Source: Geotalea daltonii FRC-32 (lineage in GTDB: Bacteria > Desulfobacterota > Desulfuromonadia > Geobacterales > Geobacteraceae). From it: a DNA stretch of 32,000 nt. This document shows, in pieces, positions 1-7,168 of this stretch. Both the position numbers and the translations under genes were made by a program. Position 1 is the stretch's first letter; every line of letters starts with the position of its first letter. Location of the stretch: positions 660,001-692,000 of the forward strand of contig NC_011979.1 in NCBI RefSeq assembly GCF_000022265.1, given 5' to 3'. The notes beneath the pieces were generated by a model. That model made no database searches and had not been told where the DNA came from. It saw nothing but the letters and a program-made list of their open reading frames with translations.

Positions 1-110
1 TTGGCTTAGTCTGGACATCAAAACACGATTCGCCCGAACCGGTCAGAAAACTAACCATTGTCGGCTATCCCATAGAGACGCTAAAGCCGGGGGCAGGATT
101 ATATGTGTGA
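1..110 (+). CDS. 3' end of an unknown gene cut by the window edge (C-terminal 35 codons)
   Basis: The frame starting at position 3 is open from the window start to a TGA at 108-110 (GLVWTSKHDSPEPVRKLTIVGYPIETLKPGAGLYV*). Its stop overlaps the ATG of the next gene (ATGTGTGA, 8-nt overlap), which suggests translational coupling. The frame starting at position 2 is also open here, so the frame choice is not certain. Confidence 0.45.
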   Translation, partial: GLVWTSKHDSPEPVRKLTIVGYPIETLKPGAGLYV

Positions 111-909
111 CGACAGATACGACAGGCAGTCCTTTTTGGGAGAGAATTCACAGGCTAAGATTGCAGCATGTACCGTCGGGATCATTGGCCTTGGTGGTGG
201 CGGGTCGCATGTAGCCCAACAGCTTGCGCATGTGGGATTTCAGAAATATGTTCTGTATGACCCGGACATGCCGGAAGACTCGAACCTCAATCGGCTAATT
301 GGCGCAACGGTTAGGGACGTAAAAAATAAAGTTCCAAAGGTCCAAATCGCCAGAAGGGTCATACGCGGACTACAGCCGAGGGCTAAAATCCAAATGATAA
401 GGGAGCGCTGGCAAGACAACCCACTCCCGCTCGGGAACTGTGACATCATTGTCGGTTGTGTGGATGGATATAAAGGGCGACATGAGTTGGAAACTTTTTC
501 CCGCCGCCACCTCATGCCGTACATCGACATCGGAATTGATGTGGTTCAGGTTGATCCCCAACCGCCAGTCTTAAGCGGTCAGGTGATTGCATCTCTTCCC
601 GGTGGTCCGTGTATGTGGTGCTTGGGTTTCTTAACGGAAAAGAAACTCGCCGCCGAAGCGAAAAAGTATGGCGACGCGGGGCACAATCCGCAGGTGGTTT
701 GGGCGAATGGGGTGGTTGCCTCTGCCGCAGTTGGTATTGCGGTCGATTTAGTGACGGGGTGGACTGGATCGGCTCAAGATGTTGTTTACTTGTCGTATGA
801 GGGCAATTCAGGATTGGTGCTACCGCACAAGCGATTGACTGTCGTGGATAGGTCATGTCAGCATTTCCCGCATGATCAGGTGGGAGAGGCAAGGTTTATT
901 CCACTGTAG
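103..909 (+). CDS. ThiF/MoeB-family E1-like adenylyltransferase
   Basis: 268-aa ORF. Rossmann nucleotide loop IIGLGGGGSHVAQQLAHVGF, an E1-type SNLNRL arginine motif, a GCVDGYKGR acidic metal-binding motif and a CMWC pair. GGGGGCAGGA lies upstream of the ATG. Confidence 0.85.
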   Translation: MCDDRYDRQSFLGENSQAKIAACTVGIIGLGGGGSHVAQQLAHVGFQKYVLYDPDMPEDSNLNRLIGATVRDVKNKVPKVQIARRVIRGLQPRAKIQMIRERWQDNPLPLGNCDIIVGCVDGYKGRHELETFSRRHLMPYIDIGIDVVQVDPQPPVLSGQVIASLPGGPCMWCLGFLTEKKLAAEAKKYGDAGHNPQVVWANGVVASAAVGIAVDLVTGWTGSAQDVVYLSYEGNSGLVLPHKRLTVVDRSCQHFPHDQVGEARFIPL

Positions 910-1585
910 CCATCGAATACTCAACATTGCCTAACAGGTAGGCATAACTGATCTTACCTTTCTTTGAGTCTATCCTTTCTTGGACGATTGCTTTGTCGAT
1001 GCCGATAATCATACCCTTTCTGATCTTTCCCCCCTGTAGGATGGCCCAATAATAGATATCTTCATATAATTTGGTTCTGGATATTTCCAAATCGCTCTTG
1101 GCAAGTGCCTCAAGCATCTTTTCAACAGCGTAATTCTTCTTTACATACCGTTTTAGGGCAACCAATCTTTTCAGAAAATCGTCCTCTCTCTTGATGCGCC
1201 TATTAACTGTCTCAAGCTGGCGATTTGTATACCTCGTCAGGTCAATGCCAGTACGCTTTTTAACCTGTGCATCTGAACCATAAGACAGTCTTTGGTAGAA
1301 TATATTCCTGGCCTGCGATAATTCATCCTTCGCTAGGTAAAACTCTGGCGATAACTTGTTAATATAATTAAATAACTTCATTGAGTAATGCAGCATGCGG
1401 CATTCGTTTATGTCGTACTCATATGCCCGAGAACATAACAGTGCGAGTAGTGGCCTCCAGTACATGGGGTCAGAATTGGTCTTGATTATTTCGAACGTAA
1501 TGTAAAACCATTGTCGCCTGAGGCTTGGTTCCGCAGCGCTCAACTCCTCTTTCGTCATATTGTCGTGGTTCATGACTATGGTCAT
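896..1585 (-). CDS. hypothetical protein (229 aa), no domain recognised
   Basis: Long ORF in an AT-rich region. Its ATG overlaps the stop of the upstream resolvase gene (ATGA). Its 3' end overlaps the E1 gene tail-to-tail by 14 nt. Confidence 0.7.
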   Translation of the reverse strand: MTIVMNHDNMTKEELSAAEPSLRRQWFYITFEIIKTNSDPMYWRPLLALLCSRAYEYDINECRMLHYSMKLFNYINKLSPEFYLAKDELSQARNIFYQRLSYGSDAQVKKRTGIDLTRYTNRQLETVNRRIKREDDFLKRLVALKRYVKKNYAVEKMLEALAKSDLEISRTKLYEDIYYWAILQGGKIRKGMIIGIDKAIVQERIDSKKGKISYAYLLGNVEYSMATVE

Positions 1586-2214
1586 GATGCTCTTCCAATG
1601 TCGTGGTCACGCAACTTGCGCGAATGGATAAAGTTGTAGACTGTCCCCCGTGAGACTTCAAAGATTTTTGAAATTGACGCCATCGAAACCTTTTTACGTA
1701 GCAACTCCCTGATCTGCTCCTCTACCCCATCCAGCTTGCTTGCGCTTGTCCGGCCTTTCGGCCTGCCAATTTTCACCCCTGCCGCTTTCTTTGCCTCCAG
1801 TGCTCTTTTTGTTCGCTCAGATATTAAATCCCTTTCCAGTTCAGCGAACAGCGAAAATAACGTGACCATGACCTTGCTTTGGACATTCCCGTTGCCACTC
1901 ACCGTCATGTTCTGTTTGATAGCTATGAGCGCCACCCCCATTTCCGTCAACTGCTTAACAATGTTCAGTACCTCAACGGTGCTTCTGCCGATCCGTGAAA
2001 GCTCAGAGACTATGACGGAATCACCCGGATTCAAACGCTGTAGCAGGTGGTCAATCATCCTTTCGCCGCTACCCTTCCTGCTAGACATCTCGACCTCAAT
2101 AAAATGATCGACCCGTAATCCATTTCGCTGTGAGTAATCCAGGATTTCGAACCGCTGATTCTTTACGTCCTGGTGGCTGGTACTTACTCTCAGATACGCG
2201 AAGGTCTGCCCCAT
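1582..2214 (-). CDS. small serine recombinase (resolvase/invertase family) with C-terminal HTH
   Basis: N-terminal catalytic motif FAYLRVSTSHQD, the motifs SVIVSELSRIGRS and LFAELERDLISERTK, and a C-terminal HTH (ISKIFEVSRGTVYNFI). I chose the start at the ATG at 2214 (MGQTFAY...), which is preceded by AGGGGGTGG, rather than the ORF-track start at 2241. Confidence 0.9.
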   Translation of the reverse strand: MGQTFAYLRVSTSHQDVKNQRFEILDYSQRNGLRVDHFIEVEMSSRKGSGERMIDHLLQRLNPGDSVIVSELSRIGRSTVEVLNIVKQLTEMGVALIAIKQNMTVSGNGNVQSKVMVTLFSLFAELERDLISERTKRALEAKKAAGVKIGRPKGRTSASKLDGVEEQIRELLRKKVSMASISKIFEVSRGTVYNFIHSRKLRDHDIGRAS

Positions 2215-2525
2215 TATCCACCCCCTAGTCATAGTATCCATGAAACTATTCTATATTAATTTTAATGAACATATAAGTCAATGGAATGACTATAGTTTTT
2301 TGGAAGGAGGTGCAATATAGAAATCCTTGGTTTTCGTGGAATGGATTTTTCTCGTGAGGGGGAACATTTTTTTGCATGCCTTTGGCGCATTTTTTACGTG
2401 GCTAAATTTTCAACATACCAAATTTACAGTATTTCCTGCCAGTTCACCAGGTGAATTTTGTTCATTTTTTAGCATCATAAGTACTGACAGATGTAAAACT
2501 AACCGTATTCAGGAGGAGCAGCAAA

Positions 2526-3200
2526 ATGAAAAAGCGTAACGTATCCGTAAGTACCAGCATCCCGGCAGAATTCTTCAGCTTCAGCGATGAAATCGAAGCA
2601 GCGGTGGCAGGAGAGGAACCCAAACCAGAGGGGAATGCTAACACCCTCGACAGAGAACAAGAGCAGGAATCGACAACGCCTGCACTTGCTGAGAATGCAG
2701 GCTCGCAACTTCTGACCCTGAACCAGCTTCGAGAGCGTCGCGAGCATGAAGGGCTCCGGGCGCATTACTCCGCCAGCATTGACGGTCAGTACATCGTTGC
2801 TGACAACAATATCGTAAGCATTTGGGATCAGTCTGGGGGGGATGAGCAGTTACCAGACCTTACCCACAGCCAAACCTTATATTGGGCTGAAATTGACAGC
2901 CTACCAATAATTGATGTCTCGGCCTTTTCATATGACTACTATCCGAAGGTACTGGACTACCATTATCGGATTTCGGTCATCATCGCACTATACGATTTGT
3001 ACATGGACTACTCATGGCAAGTTATGGGTTATTCCAGGAGCCATATGTACTATACCGACTTGCTAAATGGTAAAGAATTCGAAGAACTTAGCTTTTATTT
3101 GGCAAGTTACATTGTTGATGATTTCGCAGAGGCTTATGAACGATACGTTGATCGTCAATGTGAGGAATATGTAGCCAAAGAGAATGAGTTTGATGAATAA
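2526..3200 (+). CDS. hypothetical acidic protein, paralogue A
   Basis: 224-aa ORF with an AGGAGGAG RBS. It shares a core with the next gene (YIVADNNIVSIWDQ...LYWAEIDSLP versus FFVADKNIISIWQI...KYWSEIDDLP). Confidence 0.75.
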   Translation: MKKRNVSVSTSIPAEFFSFSDEIEAAVAGEEPKPEGNANTLDREQEQESTTPALAENAGSQLLTLNQLRERREHEGLRAHYSASIDGQYIVADNNIVSIWDQSGGDEQLPDLTHSQTLYWAEIDSLPIIDVSAFSYDYYPKVLDYHYRISVIIALYDLYMDYSWQVMGYSRSHMYYTDLLNGKEFEELSFYLASYIVDDFAEAYERYVDRQCEEYVAKENEFDE

Positions 3201-3288
3201 ATTGGCTTCATCTGGGAACTCCCCGGCTCTGCCGGGGTACTTTCCCGTTTGGCAATTGAATAACAACTTAAATCTAGGAGATATCATC

Positions 3289-3984
3289 ATGGAAACTATT
3301 GCTGAAATTGTGCAGGGAGCATCCACGGAACACGAAACGGACGAATTTGAACGCTGGCTAGAGAAACTTAGAGCAGACGGAATAAAACGCGAGGCGGAGC
3401 ATGAAAACTTTCTGTCTGACATTACACTCAGGAAGCTTCAAAATTCGACCGAGGAAGAGCGTCGAGACCAAAGTTTCTTTACTGCAAAAGTCGACAACAA
3501 ATTCTTTGTCGCTGACAAGAACATCATATCGATTTGGCAAATCATTGGCGAAGGGCAGGTCGAGTATGAAACCGTTAAGTACTGGTCTGAGATCGACGAT
3601 CTTCCCTTTGCTGACACATCTGGAATCTTCGCAATTCGTTACGCACTACCAGACGAAGTTCATGACTTCCACCAGAAGATCGAAGCTATCTCCGTCTTGT
3701 ACACACTTGCTAGCCGTACACTCTTCGAATTTGATAAGCGGATGTGGTCAAACCAGGTCAGGCTTAGAAATCGCGACTTCGAGAGGCTAGCACATGAGTT
3801 GATTGAGCAGCTGTTAGCCCCTATCCCTCCCGGCTACGAGAAGACGAGGGAATACCGGGAAAACGAAATTCAAGAAGCAACCCACGAGAAGGAGATGGAT
3901 GACTTTATGGACGTATATGTCAATTGTCGCAGTCTGAGACGAACTGGCTTCAGGATATTCGACTGGGAGGTTCTTGCCGACTAG
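3289..3984 (+). CDS. hypothetical acidic protein, paralogue B
   Basis: I chose the start at the ATG at 3289 (METIAEIV...), preceded by AGGAGA; the ORF-track start at 3184 would overlap gene A. Paralogous to 2526-3200. Confidence 0.75.
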   Translation: METIAEIVQGASTEHETDEFERWLEKLRADGIKREAEHENFLSDITLRKLQNSTEEERRDQSFFTAKVDNKFFVADKNIISIWQIIGEGQVEYETVKYWSEIDDLPFADTSGIFAIRYALPDEVHDFHQKIEAISVLYTLASRTLFEFDKRMWSNQVRLRNRDFERLAHELIEQLLAPIPPGYEKTREYRENEIQEATHEKEMDDFMDVYVNCRSLRRTGFRIFDWEVLAD

Positions 3985-3998
3985 CAATGAATCGTGAC

Positions 3999-4037
3999 AG
4001 GGTGAAGCTCCGTAGCGTCCCTGCGCAGCTTCACCCT
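3999..4037. repeat. perfect 11-bp inverted repeat (AGGGTGAAGCT / AGCTTCACCCT) with a 17-nt loop
   Basis: Read directly: arms at 3999-4009 and 4027-4037. It lies 15 nt after the stop of paralogue B and upstream of the HUH gene. There is no T-tract after it. Confidence 0.6.
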
Positions 4038-4262
4038 CCGATCAGCATGCCTATGTCGCTCATCGCCTCAGGTTGACAGCGGAAATGCACCACGGCTTTA
4101 CGATGTACGGAGCTATTCTCGGTTTTTGAATCAACTATTATAAATAACACCAGCAACGATGATCCCGTCAGCAATGCCTATGGGCGCTCGTGCTAGAACA
4201 GGTAATCCGATAGAACCCCTTGATGCCAGAATAATATCAACAGTACGAAGGACGCTAACCAT

Positions 4263-4772
4263 ATGATTTCATTAAACAATCATCCAGAGAAACGAGCATA
4301 TACCGAGTTCATCCGGCGCAACGGCCCCTTTGCCTACTTCATTACGCTCACGTTCCCAAGATGGCAGACCGTCGATGCTTGTACCCAGCAAATAAATTAC
4401 CTCATGCACTTTCTGAATAAGAAAATATACGGCAGAAACAGTGGCAGTGAATATCTTGAAGGCTTTTGCTTTTTTGAAAAACACAAGACCTCAGCCAACA
4501 ATCCTTTACACAGTCACATTCTCATCAAACATGATTCCAGGCTGGATACTGAATCCAAGATTTCCTTTATCGACCACTTCTGGAACATGATAAATAAAGT
4601 CCGCGTAGTCAAGACTAACCGTGTAACCGACAAAGAAGCTTTCAATAAGAAATGTTGCGACATCCAGCGCATCTATGACGAAGACAAGCTCATCGACTAC
4701 GTCACCAAAAGTTTTGAATCAAAATATTTTGATTTCAACAACTTCAGACCGATTGGCCAGCACGGAATCTGA
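4263..4772 (+). CDS. HUH-superfamily rolling-circle Rep / relaxase-type protein (small, 169 aa)
   Basis: Three ordered motifs: motif I FITLTF, motif II (HUH) PLHSHILIKH, motif III (Y-x-x-K) IDYVTKS. Confidence 0.7.
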   Translation: MISLNNHPEKRAYTEFIRRNGPFAYFITLTFPRWQTVDACTQQINYLMHFLNKKIYGRNSGSEYLEGFCFFEKHKTSANNPLHSHILIKHDSRLDTESKISFIDHFWNMINKVRVVKTNRVTDKEAFNKKCCDIQRIYDEDKLIDYVTKSFESKYFDFNNFRPIGQHGI

Positions 4773-4784
4773 GAGGCAAGAGAC

Positions 4785-4949
4785 ATGAAATCCATCTACA
4801 TTAGCAAGAAGACCGGTCGCAAGAAGTACCGCGTCTGCCTGTACCTGCCGGAAGAAATCATCAAGAAGCTCGACCGCTGGACCGTTCAGAACCGAATCGC
4901 CGGAACCACCGGCAAGTCCATAACTCAGATGCTGAATCTGCTGCTGTGA
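4785..4949 (+). CDS. small ribbon-helix-helix (CopG/Arc-like) protein, 54 aa
   Basis: Not in the ORF track because it is under 60 aa. MKSIYISKKTGRKKYRVCLYLPEEIIKKLDRWTVQNRIAGTTGKSITQMLNLLL*. The basic N-terminus followed by a beta-strand and helix (RVCLYLPEEIIKKLD) is typical of RHH proteins. It starts 13 nt after the HUH gene stop, with GAGAGG upstream. Confidence 0.55.
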   Translation: MKSIYISKKTGRKKYRVCLYLPEEIIKKLDRWTVQNRIAGTTGKSITQMLNLLL

Positions 4950-4993
4950 ATGTTCCCGATCCCCGAAAAGTTGAAATCAAACCACCCACAGCG

Positions 4994-5314
4994 TCACTTT
5001 TTGAACGCTTTCACTATCCTGTGAATGATTTTCAACTGATCTTCGGTGACACCGCTTAGCATCTCATCTATCTGCTCGATGCTGACTTCCCGCGCCTCGT
5101 GATGTGAAAAATCAAACATGTCCTTCATTTCCACGTCGAGCGCTTGCGCGATCTTCTCCATTGCTTCAAGTGACGGCGAACTTCTCCCCACCTCGATGAA
5201 ACTAACATACTTCGGATCGACGCCAATCTGCTCCGCAAGCTTCTCCTGAGTCATCTTCCTCAGCTTGCGGAGTTCCTTTATCCGCGCTCCAAGCAACTCC
5301 TTTGTTGTTTTCAT
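4994..5314 (-). CDS. XRE-family helix-turn-helix transcriptional regulator
   Basis: 106 aa. LRKLRKMTQEKLAEQIGVDPKYVSFIEVGRSSPSLEAMEKIAQAL is a canonical HTH_XRE (Cro/C1-type) domain. Confidence 0.9.
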   Translation of the reverse strand: MKTTKELLGARIKELRKLRKMTQEKLAEQIGVDPKYVSFIEVGRSSPSLEAMEKIAQALDVEMKDMFDFSHHEAREVSIEQIDEMLSGVTEDQLKIIHRIVKAFKK

Positions 5315-5363
5315 TAAGCCTCCAAAATGACTGTATTTTCAGCCATTTCGCAGCGCTTTATAA

Positions 5364-5430
5364 CTAACGGAAACTTAGCAAATTATTGACATTGCTAACC
5401 AACTGTTATACTCAGCTAACTGTAAGTTAG
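5364..5430. promoter_or_regulatory. three operator-like sites of the form CTAAC-N5-GTTAG
   Basis: O1 5364-5378 CTAACggaaaCTTAG; O2 5395-5409 CTAACcaactGTTAT; O3 5416-5430 CTAACtgtaaGTTAG (perfect). O2 and O3 start 21 bp apart. The sites lie between the divergent XRE and lipoprotein genes. Confidence 0.5.
5386..5412 (+). promoter_or_regulatory. sigma-70-type promoter with an extended -10, facing the lipoprotein genes
   Basis: TTGACA at 5386-5391, a 15-nt spacer, then TGtTATACT (TG at 5404-5405, TATACT at 5407-5412). It is overlapped by operator O2 and flanked by O3. Confidence 0.5.
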
Positions 5431-5534
5431 TATTTTTAAAAAAAATCACTAATGGAAATACCGCTTCTGCCGATCCTAATAATAGCCAGCGCGTGAACGT
5501 TGGCGGCGGAACAACATCACTTTGAGGAGGGCGT

Positions 5535-6269
5535 ATGGGTGAATTGAAATTGACAAAAATCGGGTGGCTGTTTCGCATGGTACTTCTCACGGTAATTTTG
5601 TCGTTACTGTGCTCATGCTCTAAGAAGCAAGATGCCTTCAAGAATTACAAGCTGAAGTACAAGTCGGGTCAGCCTGAAAAGGCCGTCGCGTCGGGCGGCT
5701 CAGTCGCTGACCTGCTCAGCAAGGGCGGTGCTACGTCATACAGCTTACTGGACCAAGACAAGCTGAGATATTACGGCATGGCCGTCTCTACCAATGATTC
5801 CAAAATGTACATGGCTAAGGCGGACGTTCAATTCGATGTGACCGGATCGGCAGACACCAAGAATTTACTGGAAAGCTGCAACAAGGAAGTAATCCTAGCG
5901 TGCGACAAGGGCGACAAGTCCTGTGACGTTCTAAAAGAAATCGACTCCTGCAAGTTCAATGACAGCGGCATGACGGCAATAAAAGGCCAACTTGAGAAGG
6001 TGCAGGGCGAACTGAACTACCAGCTACCGTCAGTTGCCGAGATTGCACAGAGCAACGCTGGTGCCGTGAAGATGGCTGTTGATATTGCGTATGTTCCTGA
6101 TACTTCGGATGAATATGCTATGAGTCAGAAAGCGCCTGAACTTGCCAGCATTAAGCAGGCAATGCCCAAAGTGAAATTTATCAACCACGGCAAGGACGTG
6201 AGTCAGGATATTGCCAACGTCATAAAGTTTTACGATGAAAATAAAGCCAAATTTCAGGCGAACAACTGA
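5535..6269 (+). CDS. putative lipoprotein (244 aa), function unknown
   Basis: GAGGAGGG RBS. Signal peptide with a lipobox-like LLCSC. Cys-rich middle region. Confidence 0.75.
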   Translation: MGELKLTKIGWLFRMVLLTVILSLLCSCSKKQDAFKNYKLKYKSGQPEKAVASGGSVADLLSKGGATSYSLLDQDKLRYYGMAVSTNDSKMYMAKADVQFDVTGSADTKNLLESCNKEVILACDKGDKSCDVLKEIDSCKFNDSGMTAIKGQLEKVQGELNYQLPSVAEIAQSNAGAVKMAVDIAYVPDTSDEYAMSQKAPELASIKQAMPKVKFINHGKDVSQDIANVIKFYDENKAKFQANN

Positions 6270-6279
6270 GGAGGGTAAG

Positions 6280-6699
6280 ATGCAAACCATCTGTAATTTT
6301 AGGATGTTACAAAAGGCAATAGTATCCCTCGTTGCACTTGCTGCAATGCTGATGCTCATTTCTTGTTCTGCTTCGCCACCGGACAGCATGATGCAGAATT
6401 ACGTGACGATACAGTCGCAGGACGGAAAAGCACTTTACAAATCGGGCGGGTCGCTTAAGGACTTGATGGATTCCTACTGGAGCCCGGTTGCACAATCTAA
6501 AATCAAGTGCAGCAAGTCGAGTGGCCTGTACGAATTTTCTTTCAAATCGAAAAGTTATGACAAAGTGGTATTGTCGATAGCTGAGAATGGGGCGTTGAAG
6601 AAAGTCGTCTTAGGTGACATGGAAATCAAAGATGACAAGGCCGACGCCATGCACAACGTGGTAATGGGGCTGTTCCAGTTTGAGTCTGTTCAACAGTAG
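6280..6699 (+). CDS. putative lipoprotein (139 aa), function unknown
   Basis: I chose the start at the ATG at 6280 (MQTICNF...), preceded by GAGGAGGG. Signal peptide ends in the lipobox LISC. Confidence 0.75.
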   Translation: MQTICNFRMLQKAIVSLVALAAMLMLISCSASPPDSMMQNYVTIQSQDGKALYKSGGSLKDLMDSYWSPVAQSKIKCSKSSGLYEFSFKSKSYDKVVLSIAENGALKKVVLGDMEIKDDKADAMHNVVMGLFQFESVQQ

Positions 6700-6713
6700 C
6701 ATTGCAGCATTCT

Positions 6714-6753
6714 GCTGATAGCTGGCACCTACCCGCGTTGCCAGCTTATCAGC
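6714..6753. terminator. strong hairpin between convergent genes (possible bidirectional terminator)
   Basis: GCTGATAGCTGGCA (6714-6727) pairs with TGCCAGCTTATCAGC (6739-6753), with a one-nt bulge and an 11-nt loop. There is no clear T-tract, and it overlaps the stop of the minus-strand gene. Confidence 0.45.
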
Positions 6754-7168
6754 TCGCCATTTCATTTATATTAAAGACTTGTATAACTCCGGCGGCTTCC
6801 TCGTCGGAAAGCTCGCGGCATTTTGCATCGTACATCAACATACCTTCCTCCGCCACGTAGGAGAATTGACCCGAGGCCGAGTAATATCTTCCGGCCTGTA
6901 TGTCTGCTAAAACCTGTTCTTTCTCCGCCGTCGTTTCCGGTGAATACAGCAATTGAACCTTGAATATATGTCCTACGCTGTCCATCGCTGTACCGGTTGC
7001 CACGACCTCGCAGTAATCGTCCGGCAGGTCAACCAGCTCTATTACTTCGATGTTCATGAGCTTGACGAAGCAGGTAAGGCTGCTTTCATTCGGAAACAGC
7101 TTGAATTCGCTTGCTTTCCCTGTCTCCAAATTGACGATGGAAATTGTTGTAGTGCCGTCACAATCCAT
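6749..7168 (-). CDS. hypothetical protein (139 aa)
   Basis: ORF with a GGGGGA RBS 8 nt upstream of the ATG. It lies 66 bp downstream of the integrase gene on the same strand. Confidence 0.7.
   Translation of the reverse strand: MDCDGTTTISIVNLETGKASEFKLFPNESSLTCFVKLMNIEVIELVDLPDDYCEVVATGTAMDSVGHIFKVQLLYSPETTAEKEQVLADIQAGRYYSASGQFSYVAEEGMLMYDAKCRELSDEEAAGVIQVFNINEMAS

Noticed and set aside
2327-2539. 70-aa ORF in the AT-rich spacer upstream of paralogue A.
   Set aside because: The composition is Phe/Ile-rich as expected for AT-rich non-coding DNA. It has no RBS, and it overlaps the strong RBS and start of the 2526 gene.
4131-4262. 43-aa hydrophobic minus-strand ORF (MVSVLRTVDIILASRGSIGLPVLARAPIGIADGIIVAGVIYNS) that could pass for a small membrane toxin.
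   Set aside because: Its start codon abuts the HUH gene ATG back-to-back (CATATG), which leaves no room for a promoter or RBS. The region is better explained as the repeat-bearing origin or regulatory spacer.
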